From NCBI GenBank assembly GCA_965279525.1, contig CBDIIB010000005.1, positions 704,001-768,000 of the forward strand: a stretch of DNA of 64,000 nt. Reading direction: 5' to 3'. Below are positions 47,882-61,447 of the stretch, one piece after another. The stretch is from Tagaea sp. (lineage in GTDB: Bacteria > Pseudomonadota > Alphaproteobacteria > CACIAM-22H2). The stretch's first letter is position 1, and the number at the start of each line of letters is the position of its first letter. Under the pieces are notes generated by a model. That model searched no databases and was not told where the DNA came from. It saw nothing but the letters and a program-made list of their open reading frames with translations. The translations under genes were made by a program, and so were the position numbers.

Positions 47882-48925
47882 TTACGTCTCCTCATCGACG
47901 GTATCGTCATTCGTCGATCCGTCCCGAGCACCGCTACCCCGATTCCGGGTCGTGAGTTCGCCAGCCGCCGAGCGGAGCGCCTTCTCCGATTTTGTCATCT
48001 TGCGAGTAGGCTTCTTCTTTCTCGACGTCGCATCGTCAACCTCGTAGCCCTCCTCCTGATCAGGTAGGAGAGCGCACACGGCTGTTTGGATTGCGTCCTC
48101 GTCGACCCCGGCGCGCTTCCTACTGCGCGCCTCACGGGAAGCTTCTTCGACGAGGTTGAAGATCCATCCGAAAAGCCCATTTGTGTAGGCGAGCATACGG
48201 CTCGCGACTTCCTCACTGCAGAGGTAGTCGGTGTCCGGGCATCCGAAGGCCTTCGAGTACTCGTTGAGAACACTCCGGAACTCGATGAATTCCGAAGCCT
48301 TCAGTTCCTCCCCGCCACTACGTCGGAAGTCCGGGTTCTGCGTGTCGCAGAACCCACGCAACCGAATGTTACGAATACGGCGGCGACGAACCTGCTCGTC
48401 CATCTGGATGACCATCTCGGATTCTTCGACACCGGCCATGACGATCCCGATCCTGGCATCATTCATCAGGCCTTTGATCGCATCACATACACCGGCCCGA
48501 TCTGTTCCGACCTTTCTGGTCAGATGCTGGAATTCATCCAGAACCAGCACGCGCACACCATGGTGCTTGAGGAAATGGACAAGCCGATTCCGGCGACTTC
48601 CGTTCGTCTCTCTGTTCAAGGTAGGTGCACCCAGCACAGTCAGAATTTCATCGTAGAATCCTTGCAGCGACGGATTGCTCGGCACCTTCACATAGGAAAC
48701 CGGCCGGATCGGTCGACCATTCTCTGTGCAGGGTGGGTGAAGCTCTACGAAGCTTTCGAGAATCGTCGATTTTCCACTACCTGCAGGTCCAATGACGGAA
48801 GCACATCGACCCTCGCGCCCATCGACTGCGACTTCGTAGAACCGCTCGAGATCCGACATCGCCCGCGTGAACTGACGCGTGTCGAGAACCATCGCATGAA
48901 CCTGTTTCCGAAGTGCTTCATCCAT
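47882..48925 (-). CDS. tnsC: TnsC/TniB AAA+ ATPase
   Basis: GPAGSGKS, LVLDEFQH and EQVRRR motifs. Confidence 0.9.
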   Translation of the reverse strand: MDEALRKQVHAMVLDTRQFTRAMSDLERFYEVAVDGREGRCASVIGPAGSGKSTILESFVELHPPCTENGRPIRPVSYVKVPSNPSLQGFYDEILTVLGAPTLNRETNGSRRNRLVHFLKHHGVRVLVLDEFQHLTRKVGTDRAGVCDAIKGLMNDARIGIVMAGVEESEMVIQMDEQVRRRRIRNIRLRGFCDTQNPDFRRSGGEELKASEFIEFRSVLNEYSKAFGCPDTDYLCSEEVASRMLAYTNGLFGWIFNLVEEASREARSRKRAGVDEDAIQTAVCALLPDQEEGYEVDDATSRKKKPTRKMTKSEKALRSAAGELTTRNRGSGARDGSTNDDTVDEET

Positions 48926-48942
48926 AGCTGGTCTCCTCGTGG

Positions 48943-51000
48943 TTACTTGGGTTGAAGGGACGTCTTCTTGAAGGTGTAGAGCGGAGCCTGAGCCGAGCTG
49001 GCCGAAGTGCCTGACGCCTTACGAACTTTGCCGGCGTGCCGCTTCACCGAGGGGATCGGCGTCGAAGCACCCGCGGTAGGCTTTGCTACTCGATGCCTTC
49101 CCGGCTCGTTCGACGGAGCTTCAGGGTTGAGCTTCCTCGGCCTACGTCGATTGATCTTGCCGATGTCTCTCATGATCTCCGCGCGAGCACGGCGATACTC
49201 CTGGTCCGTTCCGGGGGCTTTCTTGGACTTGAGACGTGCCTCGATCAGCCGGTGCATCCGCAGGGAAACACCTTCTCGCTTGCTCGGATCGACGGCGGGA
49301 ATCTCGACAAGTTGTCCAGATGCCGAATCCAGAACGAAGATCTTTCCGACGTCGTTCGGATCAAGGAGCGCTTCGACTACAGGATTCCGACGATGGTAGG
49401 CATGTGCATGGATGCGGATGCGCTCAACGGCGACACCGCCATATAGGATGCCCTCGACCCGGATTCCTGACCGGGTCGCCACGCTCTTTTGGCTCAGCAT
49501 GGTTGCTTCGCGGATTTCTCGTGCCGACAGTTTCACAGGCGGCGGAAACTTGACGCTCAAGTCATTCCAAGCTTGAAGGGGCGAACACCGAAGCGTGGAG
49601 TGGGGCTTCTTGTGATACAAGTCGCAGATGGTTCGTGCGATTAAGCTGTCAAGCTCTGCGAACGTCATACGGGCGTTTTCTTCCGGCTTACGATCAGCTT
49701 TCGCCGCGACATTGCTTTTCGTCGTACCGGCAATTCGATGAAGCAGGAAAGAGCAGAAAGACCCGAAGATTCTCTCGACCCTGGACTTCATATTGGGCGC
49801 ACGGGGCGGCAAGATGACAAAGTCGATATCGAGATTCCGCAGCGCTTCCTGAACTGCATGGCTCAGGAAGTCCTTTCCCCGATCGGTCACCAGCTCGATA
49901 GGAACGCCGAAGATAGGCCAGTCCGACTTAACGCCGAGTGAGTTCAGGAAAGCTCGCGTTTTCGGGAGCATCGCGAAGCGGAGTGTGGCCAGAACAGCAG
50001 AGGCATCCGGCGCTGCGACGTCGAGCAAATATCCGGGGATCATTCTGGTTTTATGGTCAATGATGGCCGTAAGCCAGACACGCCCGACAGTGACGCAGCC
50101 CTCGTCATCGAGGATATCCAGATCGATTTTTGTATGGTCGATCTCCCAGCGTGCCATTGGACCAAGAGAGTCGGGCCCGGCCATCGACTGCTTGTAGTTG
50201 AAGCGGGCGATCCGCTTTCCTTCTTCATGTTCCAGGCGCCGCAACCCACCCATCGCCTCGAGGCGACGCTTGATCGTCGAAATCGAGGGCCGCGGCCCTG
50301 TTGAAAGACGAGCATCTCGAGAGATCTTCTCGTGGAGATCTGTTTCGATTAGAGCGATTGCTCCTGCATAGTTTGCCTCATCTGCGTCGAAGTAGTGTTC
50401 GGCGCATAGTTCGGCCATCCAGATCTCGATCAGCGGATCGCAACGAGGACCACTCGTTCCACGAAGATGGAATTGGGGCACAAGGAGACTTTTGTTGGCA
50501 CTTTTCCACGCCTGTTTGATCCATCTGTAGATGGTTGCACGCGATGGAGCGTTCCGACCTTGCAGCCATTTCGGGTAGCCAGTTTTTTCGAAGTGCGTCT
50601 GGTGAATTTCGAGGGCTTTTTCCTTGGTGAATGCTGAGATTGTCCCGTTGGGTTCGATCGAACCGAACGCTTTGACGAAAGCCGCACGATAATTGGCGTG
50701 CTCTGCGTATGTCACACCACTGACGGTTCTTCGAAGAAGCGCCGTCATGAACGTGTCTTTGCGTACTCCGACTTTAGTCGGCGCCACATTGACGACGATC
50801 TTCTCGTCCATGAATTTCGTCATGAACTCGTCACGCGTTAGCTGGAAGTGGCGTCCGGTTCTGAGTGAGACGAACGTGACACTTCCGCCCGGGTTCTCCC
50901 CGCTGATGCGACATTGTTCCCCGTCGATCTCGAACGAGCTTCCGAGGCGAAAGCCGAACGCGACAGTGGGAACCGGAGGGAACGAATTTCGGGTAGACAT
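48943..51000 (-). CDS. tnsB: TnsB DDE transposase
   Basis: PSRATIYRW HTH, WEIDHT, TDRGKDF, VERIF and YHKKPHSTL motifs. Confidence 0.92.
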   Translation of the reverse strand: MSTRNSFPPVPTVAFGFRLGSSFEIDGEQCRISGENPGGSVTFVSLRTGRHFQLTRDEFMTKFMDEKIVVNVAPTKVGVRKDTFMTALLRRTVSGVTYAEHANYRAAFVKAFGSIEPNGTISAFTKEKALEIHQTHFEKTGYPKWLQGRNAPSRATIYRWIKQAWKSANKSLLVPQFHLRGTSGPRCDPLIEIWMAELCAEHYFDADEANYAGAIALIETDLHEKISRDARLSTGPRPSISTIKRRLEAMGGLRRLEHEEGKRIARFNYKQSMAGPDSLGPMARWEIDHTKIDLDILDDEGCVTVGRVWLTAIIDHKTRMIPGYLLDVAAPDASAVLATLRFAMLPKTRAFLNSLGVKSDWPIFGVPIELVTDRGKDFLSHAVQEALRNLDIDFVILPPRAPNMKSRVERIFGSFCSFLLHRIAGTTKSNVAAKADRKPEENARMTFAELDSLIARTICDLYHKKPHSTLRCSPLQAWNDLSVKFPPPVKLSAREIREATMLSQKSVATRSGIRVEGILYGGVAVERIRIHAHAYHRRNPVVEALLDPNDVGKIFVLDSASGQLVEIPAVDPSKREGVSLRMHRLIEARLKSKKAPGTDQEYRRARAEIMRDIGKINRRRPRKLNPEAPSNEPGRHRVAKPTAGASTPIPSVKRHAGKVRKASGTSASSAQAPLYTFKKTSLQPK

Positions 51001-51069
51001 CGGTTACTCCAGGCAAAGCTCGGGTGTGGCTCAGGTTGAGCTTTCATTTCGGGTGCAGGACTTGGCTTG

Positions 51070-51834
51070 TTAGGCGGAAACTATCAGGCGGCTTTCGAGA
51101 CCGAGTTTGGCCTCCATGTCCGTATCGAGGACTTGCCTGGCGACAAGGGCGTAGATGTCAACCTCATGCACGGCGTCGGCGCGGAATACTTCGACGATCT
51201 TGCGTACAGTCACGTTCGGGTACCGCTTGATCGTTGCCCTGATACTGGCGACCATCGGCGCTTCTACACGTCGGTTCCGATAGTGCCAGAGCAGTTTCCG
51301 GTTGGAGTACTGGGGCTCGATCCGGATTTCTCGCTCTGTCAGAACACGATATGACCAGCCGAGTTGCTCGAAAACCTCGCGCTCTCCTCGGAAGCGCGGG
51401 TTCTCGCGTAGATGTTTCTCGAACGTGGAAAAGGTCTTGATCTGAACGATTTCGAACCGTCCACCGATCAGCCTCAGTTCGACGTCCGGATATGTCGAGA
51501 CAACCTTCTCTCCGACCTCGTAGACCACCGTGAAGGGCTGCGTAGTGTAGGAAACGACGCCCCTGTCGAAGTGGAACATCTTGAAGGCATCGGCCTCCAG
51601 GCCCGATTCGGCTTCTCCGATACCGATCGATTTTGGACTTGCGATCCTCTGCGTTGGTCGAATTCCATAGCCTGGCCTGACCTCCCGGGATGGTTTTCCG
51701 TCAGCCGCTTGCACGATGCTGCCGCAGACACCTTCCGAGGTTCGGAATCGCAGGATGTATTTGCCTTCGACTGGGCCCTTCGCAAAGCGAAACGGCCCCT
51801 CTGAAGGTTTGCTTTTGTGACGTGACTTTGACAT
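51070..51834 (-). CDS. tnsA: TnsA endonuclease
   Basis: ESGLE, QP, YPD, QIK and VLTEREIR motifs plus C-terminal wHTH; SD AGGAGAGG. Confidence 0.87.
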   Translation of the reverse strand: MSKSRHKSKPSEGPFRFAKGPVEGKYILRFRTSEGVCGSIVQAADGKPSREVRPGYGIRPTQRIASPKSIGIGEAESGLEADAFKMFHFDRGVVSYTTQPFTVVYEVGEKVVSTYPDVELRLIGGRFEIVQIKTFSTFEKHLRENPRFRGEREVFEQLGWSYRVLTEREIRIEPQYSNRKLLWHYRNRRVEAPMVASIRATIKRYPNVTVRKIVEVFRADAVHEVDIYALVARQVLDTDMEAKLGLESRLIVSA

Positions 51835-51974
51835 CAGAACCTCTCCTGCTCGATATCGCCAGGACCAGTACCGGACATGCGCAGACGGTCTTCGGCGTCG
51901 CCGGAAGTTCGATCTGTCAGGTCTGGAAGGTCGCCAGTCGGCCCAGGGGCCGACGCCTCACGCGTCGCCGCTGG

Positions 51975-52079
51975 TTAGCGGGATATCGAGATCAGGTGAG
52001 GAAGGGCGCGGTTCATGATGGAAACGTTGTACCTGAAATTTTCGGAAGTTTCAACAATCCGATTCAACGTGGCAGACAT
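51975..52079 (-). CDS. 34-aa upstream ORF ahead of tnsA
   Basis: SD AAGGAGAG 5 nt before ATG 52079; MSATLNRIVETSENFRYNVSIMNRALPHLISISR. Confidence 0.45.
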   Translation of the reverse strand: MSATLNRIVETSENFRYNVSIMNRALPHLISISR

Positions 52080-52475
52080 CGTCGCTCTCCTTTGCAACCG
52101 AACGCGGCGCGAGCTGGCGTTCGGCAACACAGCGCCGAGTTGTTTTCGGCGCACACACGCCAAGGCTGATTGCCAAGCGCAGGGGAATAGAACATCAGTG
52201 CCGCATTGGTTTTGCACAGAAAAATTGTGTAACTGTCAAGTATATCTATTGAACAAACTCAAGTAATTTAGTAAATATATCAATTATGGTGCTTATTTGT
52301 TCGTCTTTCATATAATAAATGAACTTGAATACTTAGACACTGACAAACGTGTCGATCTTTCCCAACCGGTTCCAGTGGGTCGTTCAATTTGCCGCGCCCG
52401 GTCTTCTGCGGACATCATTAGGGCATTTGCCAGCACGCAGATCGGTTGCCTACCTGTTACCTGTGATCACTGGGC

Positions 52476-52860
52476 CTACTTTGAAACCATGCGCCCTTGA
52501 AGCCAGAAGACGCCTGCAACGTCCGAGCCTTCGACAGGCTGCTCATCGGATTTCCACACGTGATCGCCGATATAGAGCGCAAGTTTGAAGTCGCCGTAGC
52601 TGTCGGGCAGGCGAAGTGGCGTGATCACAAGGGAAGTAAGCTTTCGGCCAAATACTTCGATCTTCTCGATCCACCGGACGGGTCCTTGATACTGGTACTC
52701 GTCAGGCGCGTACGTGTCCTGGGGAATAAGGGCGGCTACACCCTTCATGCTGATCGTGATCGGCTTGAGTTGGTCGCCCGGGGTGCCTGGCTCGTTCTTC
52801 GTCCGGAGGCGGGCGGGATCGTCGATGACGATCGGCTCTGTCCTGTCGATCTTCGTTCAC
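52476..52860 (-). pseudogene. Frameshifted C-terminal gene fragment
   Basis: Protein-like 90-aa frame ending GVFWLQG; upstream protein-like text (KIDRTEPIVIDDP) lies in another frame. Confidence 0.45.
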
Positions 52861-52994
52861 TGCGTCTGGCGGGCCGTCTTTGAGGCGTCAAATCAGCCCA
52901 AAGGACGCCTTTGGGCAGGGGGTCGAGTCAGAGAAAGTGAGATTCCGGAAATCAATACTTCCGGATTATTTGTTATCTGTCAGATAGATATGCG

Positions 52995-53066
52995 GATAAC
53001 TCGTCGCAATAAGAGTCTCACCATTTGAAAAGTCGTCTCAGTATCTCTGAGTCACGACAATAGACA
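52995..53066 (-). repeat. Transposon end with candidate TnsB-binding repeats
   Basis: Minus strand begins TGTCTATTGTCGTGACT; TGAGACGACTTTTC (53040-53027) and TGCGACGAGTTATC (53008-52995) match 11/14; an alternative TGT start lies at 53059. Confidence 0.65.
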
Positions 53067-53074
53067 AACCCCAC

Positions 53075-56702
<3,628 letters not shown>

Positions 56703-56703
56703 G

Positions 56704-57837
56704 TCAAACGCGCATCGGCATGAGGACGTAGAGCGCGCTCGGATCGGCGGCATCGGCGACCACGGTCGGCGAGGCGGCATCGGCCATCTTGAAGGTCGCG
56801 TTCTCGCCCTCGATCTGCTCGGCGATGTCGAGCAGATAGCGCGCGTTGAAGCCGATCTCGATTGCCGGGCCCTGGTAGGAAACCTCGATCTCCTCGCTTG
56901 CCGTCCCGGCGTCGGGGCTGTTCGCGGTCAGCGACAGCAGGCCCTTGGTGGCGGCGAGCTTCACCGCGCGCGACTTCTCGGTCGAGATGGTGGCCACGCG
57001 GTCGACGGCGGCGGCGAACAGCTTGCGGTCGACTTCCATCGTCTTGTCGTTGCCCGACGGGATCACGCGCTCGTAATCCGGGAAGGCGCCGTCGATAAGC
57101 TTGGAGACGAGCACGGCGTCGCCGAAGGCGAAACGCACGCGCGTGTCGGAGAGCGACACCTGCACGGCACCGGCCGTCTCGTCGATGAGCTTGCGCACTT
57201 CCATCACGGTCTTGCGCGGCAGGATCACGCCCGGGATCTTCGCGGCCCCGTCGGGCAGCGGCATTTCGAGGCGCGCCAGCCGGTGGCCGTCGGTCGCGAC
57301 CGCGCGCAGCACGTCCACGCCGCCCGACTTGGTGGCGTGGATATAGATGCCGTTGAGGTAGTAGCGCGTCTCCTCGGTCGAGATGGCGAAGCGCGTCTTG
57401 TCGATCAGCGTCTTCAGGTCCTCGGCGAGGATCTCGAAGGCGTGCGGCAGTTCGCCCGCGGCCATCTTCGGGAAATCGTCGGCGGGCAGTGCCGCAAGGC
57501 TGAAGCTGGAGCGGCCGGCGCGCAACGCGACCTGGCCCTTCTCGGCCGACCATTCGATGCCGACCTGGCTGCCTTCGGGCAGCTTGCGCACGATTTCATA
57601 GAGCGTGTGGGCCTGCACCGTGGTCGAGCCGGCCTTGGCGATTTCCGCCGGCACCGTCTCGACGAAGGCGACATCCATGTCGGTCGCGGTCAGCGAGAGC
57701 TTGCCCGCCCCGCCCTTTGCCGATGTCGCTTCAAGAAGCACGTTGGACAAGATGGGGATCGTGTTGCGGCGTTCGACGACGCTCTGGATATGACCCAGCG
57801 CCTTCAGGAGGGCGGCGCGTTCGATGGTGATTTTCAT
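56704..57837 (-). CDS. dnaN: DNA polymerase III beta clamp
   Basis: RNTIPILSN, EETRYYLNG, ATDGHRL and VLMPMRV motifs. Confidence 0.98.
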   Translation of the reverse strand: MKITIERAALLKALGHIQSVVERRNTIPILSNVLLEATSAKGGAGKLSLTATDMDVAFVETVPAEIAKAGSTTVQAHTLYEIVRKLPEGSQVGIEWSAEKGQVALRAGRSSFSLAALPADDFPKMAAGELPHAFEILAEDLKTLIDKTRFAISTEETRYYLNGIYIHATKSGGVDVLRAVATDGHRLARLEMPLPDGAAKIPGVILPRKTVMEVRKLIDETAGAVQVSLSDTRVRFAFGDAVLVSKLIDGAFPDYERVIPSGNDKTMEVDRKLFAAAVDRVATISTEKSRAVKLAATKGLLSLTANSPDAGTASEEIEVSYQGPAIEIGFNARYLLDIAEQIEGENATFKMADAASPTVVADAADPSALYVLMPMRV

Positions 57838-57954
57838 CTCGGGTACGGTCTCGGAAAAGGGTTTCGCGCGAATCGAATCCGTGGACCGCCAAGTATATCA
57901 GAAGGCCCAATTGGCGAAAGCTTCTCGACGCCGCAAATGGCGCCAAAACCGGCC

Positions 57955-58599
57955 TTATTTCAAGGATTTGCGCGCCGCCTCGGCGAGCACGACGCGGACA
58001 GCCGCCAGTTGCTGGCGAACCCCCATCGAGGCGCAATTTTCGAGTGCCGGCGGGTCCGCCCGGCGCAGCGCCTCGGCGACCATTTCCGGGCTCGACGGCA
58101 GGTGGATGAAGCCGCACGGCCGCTTGCCGGCCCGCGCCATCAGGTGCCACAGCGCGGCATTGCAAAGATAGAGACCCGCATCGTCCGACAGGCGTGCGGG
58201 AATGCCGGCAGCCAGCAGGCGCTTCAGGATCGCGTTGAACGGCAGGTTGGCCGCACGCGTCGCCGGGCCCTTGCGATCGATCCGGCCGGTCGGGCGCTTG
58301 CCGTCATTGTCGGCGTAGGGAAACTTGAGACCGTTGTGCGCCACGCGCTCGATGCGCACGCAAGGCTCGCCCGCGGCAAGGCCCAGCGCCACGATCGCGA
58401 CCGGGTCGGTCTCCTCGATGGCGGCATCGAGAGCCGCCTCGATCTTCGCGATCGATACCGGCAGCACGCGCCCGACGACGCGCGCATCGCCGAACCATTC
58501 GCCGTCGAGCCGCTCGGCCAGTGCCTGCGTGGGATTGGTCTTGTGCGGCCCGAAGCGCTCGAAGCCGGTCAGCAGGATGCGCGGGGCGCGCGCACCCAT
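57955..58599 (-). CDS. pcp: Pyroglutamyl-peptidase I
   Basis: ILLTGFERFG, IERVA, SDDAGLYLCN and GFIHLP motifs; TGATG overlap with the dnaA stop. Confidence 0.9.
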   Translation of the reverse strand: MGARAPRILLTGFERFGPHKTNPTQALAERLDGEWFGDARVVGRVLPVSIAKIEAALDAAIEETDPVAIVALGLAAGEPCVRIERVAHNGLKFPYADNDGKRPTGRIDRKGPATRAANLPFNAILKRLLAAGIPARLSDDAGLYLCNAALWHLMARAGKRPCGFIHLPSSPEMVAEALRRADPPALENCASMGVRQQLAAVRVVLAEAARKSLK

Positions 58600-60044
58600 C
58601 AGGCTTCCAGCATGCGGCGCAGCAGGTCGACATCCTCGCTGAACGCGGCGTCGGCCGCGCGGAGCTCGTCGATCTTGCGCACCGCGTGCATGACCGTCGT
58701 GTGATCGCGCCCGCCGAACTTGCGCCCGATCTCGGGCAGCGAGCGGCTGGTAAGCTGCTTGGCGAGATACATCGCGACCTGGCGCGGGCGTGCCACCTGG
58801 CGGGCCCGGCGCGGCGAGTGCATGTCCGCCAGCCGGATCGCGAAATGTTCGGCGACCTTCTTCTGGATCTCCTCGATCGTCACGCGGCGGTCCGACGCGC
58901 GCAGCAGGTCGTGCAGCACTTCCTGCGCGCTTTCGAGGCCGATGGGCCGGCCCACAAGCGTGGAGTGCGCGACGATGCGGTTGAGCGCACCTTCGAGCTC
59001 GCGGATGTTCGCGACGATCTTGTGGGCGAGAAACTCGAGCACTTTGGGCGGCATCGCCACGCCGAGCTTCTCGGCCTTCGACTGCAGGATGCCGAGGCGC
59101 AGTTCGTACGTCGTCGGATGGATGTCGGCCACGAGGCCCCAGCCGAGACGCGAACGCACGCGGTCTTCGAGGCCTTCGAGATCGGCCGGGCTCTTGTCGG
59201 CCGACAGCACAATCTGCTTGTTCTGGTCCACCAGCGCGTTGAACGTATGGAAGAACTCTTCCTGCGTGGCGTCCTTGCCGGCGATGAACTGCACGTCGTC
59301 GACCAGCAGCACGTCGACCGAGCGGAACTGCTCCTTGAAGGACATCGTGTCCTTGAAGCGCATCGCGCGGATGAACTGGTACATGAACTTCTCGGCCGAC
59401 AGGTACAGCACACGGCGCTGGGGATTGCGCTTGCGGATGTGCCACGCGATCGCGTGCATCAGGTGCGTCTTGCCCAGACCCACGCCGCCATAAAGGAACA
59501 GCGGGTTGAACGGCACCTTCGCCTCTTCCGCCACGCGGCGGGCGGCGGCGGCGGCGAACTCGTTCGACTTGCCGTGCACGAAGGACTGGAACGTGAAGCG
59601 CGGATCGAGCTGGGCGCCGAAATCCTCGAAATCGTCGCCCGAGCGGGCGACGGCGGGCGAGGCATAGCCGTGGGCCGTGCCTGCCTGGGTGGCGGCCGGG
59701 CGTGCGGTCGCCGCCGACGCGGTCGGGCGCTGGGCCGAACCGGTGGCGGGTGCCGGGGCCGGCGTCTGCAGGCCGGCGGCCGGCTGGACGACGACCTCGA
59801 TCAGGCGCACCTGCTTGTTCTCGGCACGCCACAGCGTCTTGATGCGGTCAGAATAGTGCTGGCGCACCCAGTCCTGCATGAAGCGGGTCGGTACGGCGAT
59901 ACGCACGGTGCCGTCCTCGACGCCCACGAGCGTCAGGGGCTTCAGCCAGCTCTTGTAGGCCGCCTCGCCGAACTCGCCCTTCAGGCGGGCGCGCACGCGG
60001 ACCCATTGGGCTTCGAGGGAGGGACCGAATTCCTGCGAACGCAT
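58599..60044 (-). CDS. dnaA: Chromosomal replication initiator DnaA
   Basis: NPLFLYGGVGLGKTHL, LLVDDVQF and GGRDHTTVMHA motifs. Confidence 0.98.
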   Translation of the reverse strand: MRSQEFGPSLEAQWVRVRARLKGEFGEAAYKSWLKPLTLVGVEDGTVRIAVPTRFMQDWVRQHYSDRIKTLWRAENKQVRLIEVVVQPAAGLQTPAPAPATGSAQRPTASAATARPAATQAGTAHGYASPAVARSGDDFEDFGAQLDPRFTFQSFVHGKSNEFAAAAARRVAEEAKVPFNPLFLYGGVGLGKTHLMHAIAWHIRKRNPQRRVLYLSAEKFMYQFIRAMRFKDTMSFKEQFRSVDVLLVDDVQFIAGKDATQEEFFHTFNALVDQNKQIVLSADKSPADLEGLEDRVRSRLGWGLVADIHPTTYELRLGILQSKAEKLGVAMPPKVLEFLAHKIVANIRELEGALNRIVAHSTLVGRPIGLESAQEVLHDLLRASDRRVTIEEIQKKVAEHFAIRLADMHSPRRARQVARPRQVAMYLAKQLTSRSLPEIGRKFGGRDHTTVMHAVRKIDELRAADAAFSEDVDLLRRMLEA

Positions 60045-60048
60045 GGCG

Positions 60049-60585
60049 CTACTCCTGCGTCCAGGCAAGGCCGGCGGCTTTCCAGCCCCCTGTCATGCCG
60101 CGATGATTGGCGCCGTCTCGGTCACCCTCGAACCCGCCGGAAAGGTTATATGCACGCTTGAAGCCAAGTGCCGTCACCGCCATCGCGGCCGAGCGCGAAC
60201 GCCCGCCCGAACGGCAGATGAAGATCACCGGGGCCGCCTTGTCGACCGCGTCGGCGACCGAGGCGGCGAAGTCCGGATTGGGGACCATCAGCGCCCTTCC
60301 GTCGGCGGCCGTCGCATAGTTCTGCCACGACACGAACAGCGGCGCCTTGGCCAGCGCCGCCAGATTGGGAACGCCCACGAACGTCCACTCGGCGCGCGAA
60401 CGCACGTCGATCAGCACGGCCGTCTTGTCGGCGGCGAGAAGTTCCCACGCCTGACGCGCATCGATGTCGCCGGCATAACCCTGTGCCGCCGTCGCATCCG
60501 TATCGAATTTCCTGGTCGCCTCAGCCATCGTCCCCGAACCGTTCCCGCTGCTCTCGGCGGCCTTTCGGCCGTCCGTCTTTTTCAC
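60049..60585 (-). CDS. Rhodanese-like sulfurtransferase
   Basis: LIDVRSRAEW, CRSGGRS and GGFEGD...GGW motifs; alternative ATG at 60528. Confidence 0.9.
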   Translation of the reverse strand: MKKTDGRKAAESSGNGSGTMAEATRKFDTDATAAQGYAGDIDARQAWELLAADKTAVLIDVRSRAEWTFVGVPNLAALAKAPLFVSWQNYATAADGRALMVPNPDFAASVADAVDKAAPVIFICRSGGRSRSAAMAVTALGFKRAYNLSGGFEGDRDGANHRGMTGGWKAAGLAWTQE

Positions 60586-61356
60586 TCGTCCTGGAGGCGG
60601 GCTGCTTCACCCGCCGGGAACGGCCTCAACTCGAGGCGGAGCGGCTGGCGGAACGTCGGTAAGCGGGGCGCGGTGCATCGACATGCCGGCGCCGCATCGG
60701 GCGGGACACATCGGAGGAAAACTTGAACGACATCACTGGCGGAAATCCCCGTTCTTGCGTCTGTTCGCGTTCAGACTTGTTGTCGCCGCGCGGCTCGCGC
60801 GAAATCGCACTGCGAGCCGACGGGCGAACTTGGTTGTTTTCGGTATCGCGTTCCGTGACCGGACGCCGTCCCCCGTTCCTGAATTCCGATGAAGGGCTGC
60901 GGCGTGAAGTTCCGATCCGGCGTCGCATGTCGTCGTCCCGCTCCGCTCGTGGCCTGCCGCCGTCCCGCACCGGACCCACCCCGTTTCAGGATCCGGATTT
61001 TCGATCCGGATCCTTCGTCCGACCGCTGCCGATGCCGCTTGCCATTTCCGTGATGCGCTCTCGAAGAAGCGCGTCGGAGAATGGCGCGTCATCGCGCGTG
61101 GCGATCTGACGGGCGAACTAAATCACGATGCCCATCGACTCGCAACAGGTCCGAAGTGCGAACGCGCAAATCGTCTCGGCTGTTGCGTCCGGGCGACTCT
61201 GCGCATGTCTGGAATATCCGCGCGCACGCGCTAAAAAATTCCGCGGATGCAATCCGTCGCGAAGCGCACGCGGAGATTCAATGGCTTGCGCCGCATTGCG
61301 CGTGCGCGGTCGCAAGCGGTGCTTTGTTGCGCGCGTGCTCGAAACCGCGAACGGTG

Positions 61357-61397
61357 AAAATGCAAGCGCCGTCTTCGATGGAACACGAAGACGGCGC
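61357..61397 (-). terminator. Probable intrinsic terminator after rpsT
   Basis: Perfect 12-bp stem GCGCCGTCTTCG/CGAAGACGGCGC (61366-61397) followed by TTGCATTTT on the minus strand. Confidence 0.55.
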
Positions 61398-61447
61398 GGA
61401 TGTCTGGAAGATATTCGCGCGCGGGGAAAATCCGCGCGGCGGGAAGA

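Larger units (their letters stand above)
45837..53066 (-). mobile_element. Tn7-like transposon core and tnsA-proximal end; cargo continues leftward, far end not fixed
   Basis: tnsABC-tniQ operon, TGT terminus 8 bp after the gyrB stop and an abrupt GC drop at the junction. Confidence 0.85.

Noticed and set aside
51070-51834. TnsA QIK instead of ExK as a sign of inactivation
   Set aside because: As I recall, Tn7 TnsA itself has QxK at this position, so it is not evidence of decay
52015-52500. Plus-strand ORFs 52015-52266 and 52297-52500
   Set aside because: They run through an AT-rich promoter-like region and lack SD sequences and protein-like composition
43000-53066. CRISPR-associated transposon (CAST) interpretation
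   Set aside because: No cas genes and no repeat-spacer array seen by eye near the tns genes or the end
57838-61447. oriC beside dnaA
   Set aside because: No TTATCCACA-like DnaA box cluster or AT-rich unwinding element seen in either intergenic region
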